64,000 nucleotides of DNA from Verrucomicrobiia bacterium (GTDB lineage Bacteria; Verrucomicrobiota; Verrucomicrobiia; Limisphaerales; UBA1319), in assembly GCA_963664225.1 (NCBI GenBank), contig OY760937.1, positions 5,600,001-5,664,000 of the forward strand. Reading direction: 5' to 3'. Position 1 is the stretch's first letter. Each line of letters opens with the position of its first letter. Made by a program: the position numbers and the translations under genes. Positions 1-10,024 of this stretch are shown piece after piece. The notes beneath the pieces were generated by a model that saw only the letters and a list, made by a program, of their open reading frames with translations, was not told where the DNA came from and did not search any database.

Positions 1-543
1 CAGGAACCATCGTCCCTGCTCATTGCGAAAAAGCCCTGTTATTTCTGGGTCGGATTGAGAATCGATGCGTTCCGACAACTGCGAAAATTGCTGGACCAAG
101 TTGGTCGATGATCCAGAGGTGGAATTTTCCCGGGTCCATTGAATGAGGGCGATTTGATTGCGCCACCATGCATTGGTTTGGTGGGTCTCAATATTGAGCG
201 CGGCAGCCATCAACAAATTGCTCTGAGCGGATTGCGATTGATACAACTCCCGTTGTGCCTGCGCGAGATTATGCAGGGCCGCGGCCTGAGAGACCAGATC
301 GTTGAGAGCCGCAAAGCGTTCGGCGGTCACACGCCATTGTCGCGCCGCGGCGGACCAGTTTTCAACCGAGGTGAGTCGGGTGGCGGTGTCAGCCATGATT
401 CCCGCCTGGAGCCTGGCGGGTGGAAGCGCCGCAGGAGGCGGGGCGCTCGAACAGGCGGTCAGGAGCAGGCAGAGCAACGCCATGCCAAGACAGGCGAACC
501 AGGATGGATCGATCTGCGCTGCCGAAGGTGAGTTCATTTTCAT
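1..543 (-). CDS. Putative lipoprotein with TPR-like helices, partial (runs off the left edge); follows mlaD in the Mla-type cluster
   Basis: Not in the ORF track. ATG at 543 overlaps the mlaD TGA (ATGA). Manual translation MKMNSPSAAQ...GMALLCLLLTAC-SSAPP shows a lipobox, followed by helical AAALHNLAQAQREL. Frame is open to position 1. Confidence 0.65.
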   Translation of the reverse strand, partial: MKMNSPSAAQIDPSWFACLGMALLCLLLTACSSAPPPAALPPARLQAGIMADTATRLTSVENWSAAARQWRVTAERFAALNDLVSQAAALHNLAQAQRELYQSQSAQSNLLMAAALNIETHQTNAWWRNQIALIQWTRENSTSGSSTNLVQQFSQLSERIDSQSDPEITGLFRNEQGRWFL

Positions 544-1679
544 CGGGCACCTCCGGCACTGGGTTTGACGATGCTCTGGAGGGGAGAATTCGTTGCTGGA
601 CGGAAGGAAGATTTGAGCAGCCAGTTGCGTTTGAGTCCCTGCACCAGGTCGTCGGCATTTACGATGAGACTGGAAATCTCGGTGAGCATCAGGCTGTTTG
701 CCTGCACCTGGGCGTTGAGATTGCTGGTGATATCCGCCAATTGGAACAGAGTCTGGTTAAGGTTTGAGCTGACGGTGTACAGGTTGGTGTCTGCGGTGCG
801 GATGGTGGCGTTTGCGGAGACCAGAGTGGTCTGAAGCTGGGAGTTGAGGTTAGTGGGGATGAGCCATTCGCCCAGGGAGCCATGAGGATCGCGGAGGCGT
901 TCCGAGATGGCCGCAAGATTGGTGACCAGCGGTTGGGCGCCGGACACGGTGTCATTGAGCTTTGCAAGAAGAGTGGAGCTTTTGGTGAGAGTGTCTGTGA
1001 CTTGATTGGTGAGGCTCAACACGCCGGGCATGGCTCTCTGAACTTCGGAAATGACCGACTCGAGCCGATCGGCCAAAGCCGGGGATTCCTCTGCAACCAG
1101 CCAATAGGGGGAGGCCTTTTCCCACTTTTGATTCTTTGTATTGAACTTTTCAAAGTTGCGGTTCAGCGCGATGTAATTGGTGGATCGTTCGCTAAAAACG
1201 GCGGTGATGATTGAATCCGGACGCAACTCACCCGAATCGGTGTTATCGACCTGATAAGTCGCGTGACCGTTGGTGCCCTTGGTCACCTCAAGAAAACGAT
1301 TTCCAAGAAAATCGCCCGAAGTGATTTTGACCTTTGAGTCGTCCCATAAATATCCGAAGTAGGGAGAACGAATGCGAAATCTTACGTAAACATTCCATTC
1401 CGGTTCGCTGGGGGGCATGGGGGTGATTTCGGTGATATCGCCGGCGCTAAAACCCATGAGCATGACCGGATCGCCCACCTTCAAACCGGAAGCAGATCGC
1501 AGGAAAGTGAAATACGGGGCATGGGTGATGAACCAGCCTTTGCGCTGGGCGGTGTTGTAGAGATAATAGGCGAAGCCGGCCAGGAGCAACAGCGTGGCCA
1601 TAAGCACAAACACACCCACCGCGCGCTCCATGCGGCTGAGGCGGGTGCGAAGTTGCGGGGTAAGATCTTGGAGGGCCAT
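540..1679 (-). CDS. MlaD/MCE-family substrate-binding protein
   Basis: N-terminal TM helix, MCE motif ASGLKVGDPVMLMGFSAGDI, GDFLGNRFLEV, long helical C-terminus. Confidence 0.9.
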   Translation of the reverse strand: MALQDLTPQLRTRLSRMERAVGVFVLMATLLLLAGFAYYLYNTAQRKGWFITHAPYFTFLRSASGLKVGDPVMLMGFSAGDITEITPMPPSEPEWNVYVRFRIRSPYFGYLWDDSKVKITSGDFLGNRFLEVTKGTNGHATYQVDNTDSGELRPDSIITAVFSERSTNYIALNRNFEKFNTKNQKWEKASPYWLVAEESPALADRLESVISEVQRAMPGVLSLTNQVTDTLTKSSTLLAKLNDTVSGAQPLVTNLAAISERLRDPHGSLGEWLIPTNLNSQLQTTLVSANATIRTADTNLYTVSSNLNQTLFQLADITSNLNAQVQANSLMLTEISSLIVNADDLVQGLKRNWLLKSSFRPATNSPLQSIVKPSAGGAR

Positions 1680-1687
1680 AATCGTAT

Positions 1688-2488
1688 TTAAGTATTTTCA
1701 GCCATTTTAGGAAGCACATCTTCCAATAACGGCTCCTTCCCAAGCAAAAGTTCAGGTGAGTCAGGCAGTGGGATCCAACGTTTTTGCCTGAGCAATCCAA
1801 ATTTCCGGCCAGGTTGCAGCCAGGGTCGAAAATCGTCCGTGGCCACCACCAGAGTGAGAGGTTTACCCCCGTAAAGCGCGTGGCCGCGCGACAGATCGTA
1901 TAGAAATTCCAACCACCAATTGGACTGCCTTGGATCAAGCCCTGTCAGGGGATTATCGAGCAGAAGCAACTCGGGACGCAGAATCAGGGCGCGCGCCAGG
2001 CTTGCCCGCTGACGCCAACTCCTGCCAAGGCGTCCCGCGTTATGGTACGCCAGAAAATCCAGTCCCGTGGCCTCAAGAAGATCATTAACCTGCCCCAAAG
2101 CGTCGTTTACAGCGCAGTCGTGTTGGTAGCACCAAGGCAGTGCGATGTTTTCGAGAACCGTGAGGTATTCAAAGATCCTGCCCCCATCCCCAAAAACCAG
2201 ACCAATCCGGCGCCTGAAACCGGCAAAGTCATCCCCTTCGATGTCGGAAGTTGCATGTCCAAACAATCGCAGCGAACCGCCGATCAACCGCGTGAGACCA
2301 ATCGAGGTGGTCAACAGATCGCTTTTACCGGAATTTGGGAGTCCACCCACGATCCAAAAATCGCCGGGCCGAATGGACCAATTGATGTTCTCCAAGAGAG
2401 GCGGTTCGCCATCGTGATGCGCGGCCACCGTTACGTCGATCATCTCAACGACCGGTTCTGCGAATTGGGTTGTCTGGTCCTGAGGCAT
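1688..2488 (-). CDS. MlaF-like ABC transporter ATP-binding protein with degenerate motifs
   Basis: Walker A GLPNSGKS, LARALILRPELLLLDNP. Likely start ATG 2488 overlaps the mlaE stop. Confidence 0.85.
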   Translation of the reverse strand: MPQDQTTQFAEPVVEMIDVTVAAHHDGEPPLLENINWSIRPGDFWIVGGLPNSGKSDLLTTSIGLTRLIGGSLRLFGHATSDIEGDDFAGFRRRIGLVFGDGGRIFEYLTVLENIALPWCYQHDCAVNDALGQVNDLLEATGLDFLAYHNAGRLGRSWRQRASLARALILRPELLLLDNPLTGLDPRQSNWWLEFLYDLSRGHALYGGKPLTLVVATDDFRPWLQPGRKFGLLRQKRWIPLPDSPELLLGKEPLLEDVLPKMAENT

Positions 2489-3315
2489 CAAAAAAGCAAA
2501 TAGAGAATAAAAAAGGTGTCCCAGAGGACGCAAAGTATCAAGCTGTAAACCACGGCGCGTGTGGCGGCCTGGGCGACCTCCTGCTGGCGCAGGGGCTTGG
2601 CAAGGCCTTCGTAACATGTGACCACGGCAATGGTGGCCCCGAAAAACATTGTTTTAAGGGCAAGAATCACAAAATCCTCCCAACGCAGCGCCAGGGCGAG
2701 CTGATTCATGTATTGGCCGGGCTTGAGGGGAACATCCTGGAGAAAGGCGAAAACAAAACCGCTGAAAAGGGCAATGAGAATGAGGTAAACCGTCAGCGAA
2801 AATATCGAGATCGACAATCCAATAACCCGCGGCACGACCAGATAATGAATGGGATCGATCCCAAGAGCCTCCAGGGCTTCAACCTGACCTGAAGCCCGCA
2901 CCTGGCCCAGCTCGATGACGGTGGCTGTTCCAACGCGCGCGAGCACGAGCAAAGCGGTAATCAGGGGTCCCAACTCTCGAACGACCGCGATGACCATGAC
3001 GGTGCCCGCATAATTCTGGGCGCCAAAGCGGGTGAGAATCGAAACAGTCTGGCCAATAACGGTGAATCCCAGAGCCAGTGCCATGAAGGCAATGATCGGC
3101 ATCATCCTGATCCCGGCTCTCCAGATTTGCTGTTGGATCAAGGGATGAATGACGTGAGAAGAAGTACTCCACTTGGACAGGGTCACCCCGAGAGTGATCA
3201 GAGAAAATGCGCCCAAACCGCGCGCCAATTCGCCCATGGCCAGCAATTGGCGTCCCATGAAGTTGAGATAGGACTGCGGCAGGCTAACTGGCAGCAGATC
3301 CAACCCACTCCTCAT
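2488..3315 (-). CDS. MlaE-family ABC permease
   Basis: VRELGPLITALLVLARVG and QVEALEALGIDPIHYLVVPR are MlaE motifs. Start uncertain (3315 or downstream). Confidence 0.9.
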   Translation of the reverse strand: MRSGLDLLPVSLPQSYLNFMGRQLLAMGELARGLGAFSLITLGVTLSKWSTSSHVIHPLIQQQIWRAGIRMMPIIAFMALALGFTVIGQTVSILTRFGAQNYAGTVMVIAVVRELGPLITALLVLARVGTATVIELGQVRASGQVEALEALGIDPIHYLVVPRVIGLSISIFSLTVYLILIALFSGFVFAFLQDVPLKPGQYMNQLALALRWEDFVILALKTMFFGATIAVVTCYEGLAKPLRQQEVAQAATRAVVYSLILCVLWDTFFILYLLF

Positions 3316-3448
3316 TCGTGTTTCATTGTCTTCGTCTTTTCCCACAATGCCAATGAGGCGGATGGTATGACGCCCCCAAATGCCGGTCAAAGAAGTTCTG
3401 AAAGATTGTAATCGACCAATGATCGCTGGGAATGCCAGACATAGTGGT

Positions 3449-4027
3449 TCAGGAGAGTTGTATCCAACGTTCGAGTTCCAGGCGCAGACGTTCGACTGGC
3501 AATCCGACGACATTGCTAAAGGACCCACTGATATTCGAGACGATCAGATCACCGTGTTCCTGAATGGCGTAAGCACCCGCCTTGTCGAGAGGATTGGTTT
3601 TGGTCAGATAATTGTCAATTTGGTCCTCTGATAGCGGGCGGAAGACCACCTCTGTGGAGTCGGCAAAAAGGCGTTCATTCCTGCCAGCCCGATGCATGAG
3701 ACAAACGCCTGTGATGACCTGATGTGATTTTCCCTGAAGAGTGGAGAGCATGGACCGGGCGTGCTCCATGTCGGCAGGCTTCCCGAAGGTCTCGTTTTCC
3801 AGGCAAACGACCGTATCTGCTCCAATGACCAGGGAGTCGGGATGACGACGGGCGATCAGGGCGGCTTTGCGATGGGCGTTCAGACGGGCGGACTCGCCGG
3901 GGGTCAAATGTTCCGGCTGCGACTCGGGGGCATTGCTGATGACGACGCGGAATTCCAAACCCATTTCCCGGAGCAACTGAACCCTGCGGGGTGAAGCTGA
4001 AGCCAAAATTAACGGCGGCAGAACCAT
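3449..4027 (-). CDS. maf: Maf-family nucleoside triphosphate pyrophosphatase
   Basis: LILASASPRR, IGADTVV, DKAGAYAIQ, SNVVGLP. Confidence 0.95.
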   Translation of the reverse strand: MVLPPLILASASPRRVQLLREMGLEFRVVISNAPESQPEHLTPGESARLNAHRKAALIARRHPDSLVIGADTVVCLENETFGKPADMEHARSMLSTLQGKSHQVITGVCLMHRAGRNERLFADSTEVVFRPLSEDQIDNYLTKTNPLDKAGAYAIQEHGDLIVSNISGSFSNVVGLPVERLRLELERWIQLS

Positions 4028-4129
4028 AATAAAGCCACCTTAATGGTCTGCACCGGAATTCGCAACGCGCATTTGAAACGCGGGAACCGTCCACAAACAG
4101 GCAAGGATGCCAAGAAAGGGGGAAGGCCA

Positions 4130-6096
4130 GTAGAGTAGAGAGGAGAGCACGGAATGAAAGGCGCAAAGGCCAATGACCGCCGCTCACCTCTCCCTCGTCA
4201 AACCGGACATGCAGATTTCCCACATCCGGCTTTCGCCAGAGTCGTCTTTTCCAGATTGCATTCACAATGCCTTCAGGCCCAGTGTTTCGAGATGGGCATA
4301 GAGCGTGACTCCCTGACGGACGCGCCAGCCCCGCTGGCTTCGTCGTCGCAGGTGTTTGCCCAGCCGCACTCTCACGAAGTGGTTGATCTGGCGAAAGGCC
4401 CGTCGGGGTTGTCCGAGGTTGAAGTAGTTGCTCCAACCCCGCAAATGACGGTTGATCCGCCCGATCAACTCCGGCAGCGGCGTATGACTTTGCCCGGCAT
4501 TGATCAGCAGTCGCAACGCCTGCCTCTCCCGTTCCATCGCCTTGCCCGAAGGACACAGGTTGAGGTAGTGAAACGCCCTGCCGAATTGATCCCGGTCATA
4601 CCGGAAGGTGTAGCCCAGAAAGTCCAGGCTTTGCTCGTTGACGTTGACCACCCGGGTTTTGTCCCGGTTGATTTCCAGTGTGAGCCAGCCCTCCAGCTTT
4701 TCCTCAATCCATGCTCGCAGCTTGGGACCCATATACCGGGCCATGACCACAAAGTCGTCCGCATAGCGAACGAGCCGGGCATCCGCCCAGTGCGCCGGTC
4801 CATCCGCCCTTTGGAACAGGTGGTCGAACCAGTGCAGGTATATGTTGGCCAGTAACGGAGAGAGGACTCCGCCTTGCGGCGTGCCCCGATCCCGGCGGTT
4901 GACCCGAGGCGGTTCCTCTCCTTGGGGAGGTTCCACCACGGGGGCCGCCAGCCATTGCCGGATGAGTCCCAGAACCGCGCCGTCCACCACGCGCATCCGC
5001 ACGCAAGCCAGAAGCTTGTCGTGTGGAATGCTGTCGAAGTATCCGGCCAAGTCCGCGTCATACACTGCGTTCTTCCCCTCCTTCAGGTGTTTTTGGAGGG
5101 TTTGCAATGCGTCGTGCGCCGACCGTCCGGGCCGAAACCCGTAGGAACAATCCTCAAAGTCCGCTTCGAAGATGGGTTCCAGAATCAGCAATACCGCCGC
5201 TTGCACCACCCGATCCTTCACCGTCGGGATTCCCAGTGGCCGCAGTTTTCCGTTTGCCTTCGGTATATAGACCCGCCGCACCGGTTGGGCGCGGTAGGTC
5301 TTGTCCCGCAGGCTCTGCCTGATCGTTTCCAGAAACGCCGCTTCATTTTCAGGTGTCGCGGTGATTCGGTCGATGCTCACTCCGTCCACGCCCGGCGCCC
5401 CGCCGTTGCGCCGCACCGCAGCCCATGCCGCTTGCAGCACCTCCGGCAGGAACACCAGTCCGTAGAGACTGTAGAAGCGGAATCGCTTCTCTTGTTTGGC
5501 TTTCCGGCCCAGCTTCTGTCTCAGTTCCTGAAGTTTGGGCGGCAGGATCGCTTCCCGAAAGGAAAGTTCCTCCACCGCTTGTTCTGTCGTGGAAGTTTTC
5601 ACTTCAATCAGCTCCAGTTCCCTCTGACTCGGCTTGACTCTGGCCAGGGCTCCTTGGCTCCATCCCGGCTTGACCGGGATTTCGCAGCTACTATGAGCCC
5701 GTCCGACTCCCTGATCCTGAGCGCCCGCCGGTTATGGCTTCCCGACGTGCGTTCCCCGGTCTCGGGACCGAGGTTCAGGCAGGGTCTCCCAAGTTCCTGA
5801 TGGTTGTTTGGGTACGCGCTGTCTCCTCTGACCCCGGGGAGCTTGAAGGGTGCTTCTGGTCGAATCTTCCCCTCCAATGCTGGCTTCACCTTCTCTGACA
5901 GGCTGGCCACTCCCGCTTTAGAGTAACGAGGCTGAATCGAGTTCGCAGACGCTACGGCTCGCACCTTTGCCTTGCCCAGCTTGAACGCGGCGGGTCGCCC
6001 CACCACGCTTTGGACGCGGCTACATGACTCTCGACCTGTTATCATGATCAACTCGTTGCATTTGACTACAGCCACCAAACTTTGCTTGGCGCTTTC
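4130..6096 (-). mobile_element. Group II intron 1 (RT-encoding, no endonuclease domain), in the gltA-maf intergenic region
   Basis: Domain V AAGCCGGATGTGGGAAATCTGCATGTCCGGTTTGACGAGGG and domain VI with bulged A ending ...CTACTCTAC at 4130. 5' end inferred as GAAAGCGCCAAGC at 6096 (uncertain by about 2 nt). Confidence 0.9.
4262..5602 (-). CDS. ltrA: Group II intron reverse transcriptase/maturase
   Basis: [49 protein letters not shown], maturase X domain (LRGWSNYF). No HNH domain. Confidence 0.95.
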   Translation of the reverse strand: MKTSTTEQAVEELSFREAILPPKLQELRQKLGRKAKQEKRFRFYSLYGLVFLPEVLQAAWAAVRRNGGAPGVDGVSIDRITATPENEAAFLETIRQSLRDKTYRAQPVRRVYIPKANGKLRPLGIPTVKDRVVQAAVLLILEPIFEADFEDCSYGFRPGRSAHDALQTLQKHLKEGKNAVYDADLAGYFDSIPHDKLLACVRMRVVDGAVLGLIRQWLAAPVVEPPQGEEPPRVNRRDRGTPQGGVLSPLLANIYLHWFDHLFQRADGPAHWADARLVRYADDFVVMARYMGPKLRAWIEEKLEGWLTLEINRDKTRVVNVNEQSLDFLGYTFRYDRDQFGRAFHYLNLCPSGKAMERERQALRLLINAGQSHTPLPELIGRINRHLRGWSNYFNLGQPRRAFRQINHFVRVRLGKHLRRRSQRGWRVRQGVTLYAHLETLGLKAL

Positions 6097-6151
6097 CAGA
6101 TGGCTCAGATAAACACAGAGGGGGGACCGTGAATGATGGTTCGTTTAAATG

Positions 6152-6180
6152 AAAAAGGGGGAGGTTCGAGCCTCCCCCTT
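6152..6180 (-). terminator. Rho-independent terminator of gltA
   Basis: AAGGGGGAGG / CCTCCCCCTT 10-bp stem followed by a T-run on the minus strand. Confidence 0.8.
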
Positions 6181-6203
6181 GTCAGGAAACCGAAAGGTCT
6201 GTT

Positions 6204-7523
6204 TTATGCGCCGGGTTTCTTGGGCTCCGCGCGATCGAAGATGGACGTGTAATGCCTTAGGTTTTCGCCCATATAGACCTGCCGGGGCCGGTAAATGCGG
6301 GTTTCACGGGAGTCCATGATCTCTTTGAAATTCGCAATCCAACCCGGCATGCGCCCGATGGCGAAAATGACGGTGAACATTTCCAGCGGAATTCCCAGGG
6401 CGCGCATGATGATGCCGCTGTAGAAATCGACGTTGGGATAGAGCTTGCGCTCCACAAAATAGGAATCGTTCAAGGCCGCCTGCTCCAGACGCTTTGCAAT
6501 GTCGAGCAGGGGATCCTCGGTTTTTGTGGCTGCAAGCAACAAGTCGCATTGGCGCTTGATGATTTTGGCGCGCGGATCGTAGTTTTTATAGACTCGATGT
6601 CCAAAACCCATCAATCGCTTGCCGCTATTTTTATCTTTGACGGCATTGATAAAGTTGCTGCCGTCATCGCCCGTCTGGCGGATTTGCTCGAGCATTTCAA
6701 TCACGGCTTGATTGGCGCCGCCATGGAGCGGACCCCAAAGGGCGCAAACTCCGGCGGCCGCCGATGCGAATAGATTCGCATGACTTGAAGCAACGAAGCG
6801 CACGGTGGCCGTGGAACAGTTTTGTTCATGATCGGCATGGAGAAGAAAAATCAGGTCCAAGGCGCGAACGACATCCGGATGCAACGGGTAATCCTCGTAT
6901 GGATCCGAGAAGAGCATGTGGAGGAAATTGGCCGTGTACCTGTAGGACGGCTTGGGATAGATGATCGGAAGTCCCCGGGATTTGCGATAGGCAAATGCGG
7001 CAATTGTGCGCACTTGCGAGATCAATCGGGAGGCCACCAGGTCGAAAGTGGCCGGATCGTAGGGCTTCATCAACTCGGGATAGAAGCAACTGCTGGCGTT
7101 GATCATGGAGGACAGGATAGCCATGGGGTGAGCGTTCGAGGGAAAACCCTCGAAATGGAACTTCATGTCTTCATGGATATTCTCGTTCTTTGTCAGAAGA
7201 GTTGAAAAGTTCTTTAATTCATTCTCCGTGGGCAAATGGCCATAGATGATCAGGAATGCGGTTTCGATGAATGTGGAGTTTTCAGCCAGTTCCTCAATGG
7301 GTATTCCGCGATAGCGCAATATGCCTTTTTCACCGTCGATGAATGTGATCTGGCTTTTGCAGGAACCCGTGTTTGCATAGCCATCGTCCAATGTGATGTA
7401 ACCGCTGTTTTGCCGGAGGGTGGAGATGTCTATGGCAGACTCGTCTTCCACACCCACAAGTACTGGGAAAGTGAATTTCTTCCCGTCGATTTCCAGTGTA
7501 GCCGTTTTATTCATGTTAGTCAT
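6204..7523 (-). CDS. gltA: Citrate synthase
   Basis: HADHEQNCST, GPLHGGAN, MGFGHRVYKNYDPRA, YPNVDFYSG. Confidence 0.97.
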   Translation of the reverse strand: MTNMNKTATLEIDGKKFTFPVLVGVEDESAIDISTLRQNSGYITLDDGYANTGSCKSQITFIDGEKGILRYRGIPIEELAENSTFIETAFLIIYGHLPTENELKNFSTLLTKNENIHEDMKFHFEGFPSNAHPMAILSSMINASSCFYPELMKPYDPATFDLVASRLISQVRTIAAFAYRKSRGLPIIYPKPSYRYTANFLHMLFSDPYEDYPLHPDVVRALDLIFLLHADHEQNCSTATVRFVASSHANLFASAAAGVCALWGPLHGGANQAVIEMLEQIRQTGDDGSNFINAVKDKNSGKRLMGFGHRVYKNYDPRAKIIKRQCDLLLAATKTEDPLLDIAKRLEQAALNDSYFVERKLYPNVDFYSGIIMRALGIPLEMFTVIFAIGRMPGWIANFKEIMDSRETRIYRPRQVYMGENLRHYTSIFDRAEPKKPGA

Positions 7524-7740
7524 GTTCGATGCCGATGGAATTATACTTCAATCTGGCAAATTTGCGAGCAGAAAAGAATCAGATGTTGCGGGGAATTCGA
7601 ACCGGCCTGCATCGGAGGCAAATCAGATTCCGAAAACAAACAATGGCAATGACAATGGTAATGGCCTGGTTCGAATAATCCGGAGCAGGGGAGTCCCCGG
7701 ATTGTCGGGTTTCAAGCCGGGTAATAAGCAGAACCGGGGG

Positions 7741-8427
7741 TTATCTTCCGACAATGGCCGTGTAAACGGTTCGGGCAATGAGGGCGGCGCCTTCGGCATT
7801 CGGATGCACTTTGTCGGGGAATAACTCGGGGCGATTGCTCAACGCATCGTAAAGGTCGATGATGGGAACATGGGCTTCCTGCGCGGATTTTTCAATGAGA
7901 GGAATGACTTCCTTGAACAGGGTTTCGTCATTGATTCCCCATTGGGTTTGATAGACGGGCACGGGCAGGCAAACGAAGATTTTGGGTTTGTCTGGCAAGG
8001 CCAGGAAATGTGCCAGGAAATCCCTGTAGTCGCGCGCAAACTCGTCCTTATGAGCCCAGTTCTCTGGTTTTGTGTCATTGGTGCCCAGCTTGATGATGAT
8101 CACATCGGGTTTGGAAACCGAGACGGCGTTCATTTCAGGCAGGCTCCAATAAGGCAGGTTTCCTTTTTTAAGGAGCGTCGCTCCGCTGACGCCAAAATTG
8201 CGCACTTCGAATCGCGACCCCAGCATCCGACCCAAAACGGCGGGATAACTATTCGTTTCCCGGTTCTCCACGCCCGCGCCGAAGGTGATGCTGTCGCCAA
8301 TGCAGGCCACTTTGATCGTGCCTTCCTTGTCGTAGAGTCCGAATGCGGGCTGGCGGCTTGTCTTGCACGCGGTAAATAGCAGCAGGACACCCATCAATAC
8401 GGCCAGAGAACGAATAATTGACTTCAT
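7741..8427 (-). CDS. SGNH/GDSL-family esterase, lipoprotein
   Basis: Lipobox LFTAC; GDSITFG, GVSG, LGTND, DKVHP catalytic blocks. Confidence 0.9.
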   Translation of the reverse strand: MKSIIRSLAVLMGVLLLFTACKTSRQPAFGLYDKEGTIKVACIGDSITFGAGVENRETNSYPAVLGRMLGSRFEVRNFGVSGATLLKKGNLPYWSLPEMNAVSVSKPDVIIIKLGTNDTKPENWAHKDEFARDYRDFLAHFLALPDKPKIFVCLPVPVYQTQWGINDETLFKEVIPLIEKSAQEAHVPIIDLYDALSNRPELFPDKVHPNAEGAALIARTVYTAIVGR

Positions 8428-8478
8428 AATAACTTGCGCTGGTTGGCATTAAATGCGCACGCGGCGAATCGCGCAAAC

Positions 8479-8514
8479 AAAAACGGCGTGTCCGCGGTAA
8501 AACGGACACGCCGT
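8479..8514 (-). terminator. Terminator downstream of xylA
   Basis: ACGGCGTGTCCG / CGGACACGCCGT 12-bp stem plus T-run on the minus strand. Confidence 0.75.
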
Positions 8515-8535
8515 GAATTGAAAAGAACGACCGGA

Positions 8536-9852
8536 TCAGGCAATGAACTCGTTGATCAGGGCTTCCAGGTATTCCTGGCGACCGCTGACGCAAGGATCGG
8601 CTTCGCCCTTCTTGAGCATATAGGCTTCCAGGTCCTTGAAGCTGGACTTGCCCGCTTCAATTTTGGCGCCAACGCCCGAGTCCCAGGAGCTGTAGCGTTT
8701 CTTCACGAAGTCCGCCAGACGTCCATCCGCGCGGATCGCGGCGGCAATTTTCAGGCCGCGGGCAAAAGTGTCCATGCCGGCGACATGCGCGAGGAACAAG
8801 TCCTCGACCTCGAAGCTTTCGCGGCGGACCTTGGCGTCGAAATTAACGCCGCCAGTGGTGAAACCGCCCATCTTGAGAATGGGGAGCATGCACTGCGTGG
8901 TCAAATAGATGTCGGTCGGGAATTGGTCGGTGTCCCAGCCCAGCATCGGATCGCCGGTGTTGGCATCGATGGAACCCAGGGCGTTGGAGGCGACGGCGAC
9001 TTCGAGTTCGTGCTGCATCGTATGACCGGCCAGCGTGGCGTGGTTGGTTTCGATGTTGAGCTTGAAATCGTTGAGCAGGTCGTACTCCCGAAGGAAGTTC
9101 AGGCACGCGGCGGCGTCCGAATCGTATTGGTGCTTGGTGGGTTCCTTGGGCTTGGGCTCAATGTAAAACTGACCTTTGAAACCGATTTCCTTTTTGTAAT
9201 CGACCGCCATGTGCAGGAATTTGGCCAGATGATCGAGTTCGCGCTTGATATCGGTGTTCAGCAGGGTGGTGTAACCTTCCCGACCGCCCCAGAACACATA
9301 GCCTTCGCCGCCCAATTCGTGGGTGACTTCGAGGGCTTTTTTGACTTGAGCCGCGCCGAAGGCAAAGGAGTCCGCATTGCAGCTGGTGGCCGCACCGTGA
9401 ACGAAGCGGGGATTGGCAAAAAGGCAGGCTGTGCCCCACAAGAGTTTGACACCGGTGCGCTTCTGCTCTTCTTTCAGGACTTTGACGACCGCGTCGAGGT
9501 TTTTGTTGGACTCCTTCAGGGAAGCGCCTTCAGGGGCAACGTCCCGGTCGTGAAACGCATAATAAGGAGCGCCGAGTTTTTGGATGAAGTCGAGAGCCAC
9601 ACGCGCCCGTTTTTGGGCGTTTTCCACGGAGTTGGAGCCGTCATCCCAGGGGCGGATGGCTGTTCCAGCGCCGAACGGATCGGACATGGTGCCACGGAAC
9701 GTGTGCCAATAGACCACCGAGAAGCGGAGATGGTCCTTCATCGTCTTGCCTTCGACGATTTCGGCAGGGTTATAGTGCTTGAAGGCCAGGGGATTCTTGG
9801 ATTTTGGTCCTTCGAACGAAATTTTGGGAAATTTCGGGAGTGCTGATGCCAT
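8536..9852 (-). CDS. xylA: Xylose isomerase (class II)
   Basis: [51 protein letters not shown]. Likely start MASALPKF at 9852. Confidence 0.97.
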   Translation of the reverse strand: MASALPKFPKISFEGPKSKNPLAFKHYNPAEIVEGKTMKDHLRFSVVYWHTFRGTMSDPFGAGTAIRPWDDGSNSVENAQKRARVALDFIQKLGAPYYAFHDRDVAPEGASLKESNKNLDAVVKVLKEEQKRTGVKLLWGTACLFANPRFVHGAATSCNADSFAFGAAQVKKALEVTHELGGEGYVFWGGREGYTTLLNTDIKRELDHLAKFLHMAVDYKKEIGFKGQFYIEPKPKEPTKHQYDSDAAACLNFLREYDLLNDFKLNIETNHATLAGHTMQHELEVAVASNALGSIDANTGDPMLGWDTDQFPTDIYLTTQCMLPILKMGGFTTGGVNFDAKVRRESFEVEDLFLAHVAGMDTFARGLKIAAAIRADGRLADFVKKRYSSWDSGVGAKIEAGKSSFKDLEAYMLKKGEADPCVSGRQEYLEALINEFIA

Positions 9853-10024
9853 AAATTTCTTTGTTAGAGTTTTAGTCGCTTTTATGAGGCGCATTGCAAA
9901 GTTTCCAGCGTTTCAAGTCAAGCCCAAAGCCTTGGAATGGGGGTCCCCAATTTCGGGTAGGCCATGTTTTAACCCGCGTAGTTCTCTTTCAAGATTCGGT
10001 TTCAGGCGCATTGTTTGTCATGTT

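Noticed and set aside
5608..6078. 156-aa ORF upstream of RT 1
   Set aside because: Lies within ribozyme domains I-III of intron 1 and has no protein features.
6097..6180. Intron 1 as a class IIC intron inserted after the gltA terminator
   Set aside because: The insertion is ~55 nt past the hairpin, and domain V has an AGC triad and full length, unlike IIC.
8434..9846. 470-aa plus-strand ORF, and similar long antisense ORFs at 22162-23319, 24378-25457, 47154-48197 and 62315-63379
   Set aside because: Shadow ORFs opposite well-conserved genes in GC-rich DNA, with no recognisable motifs.
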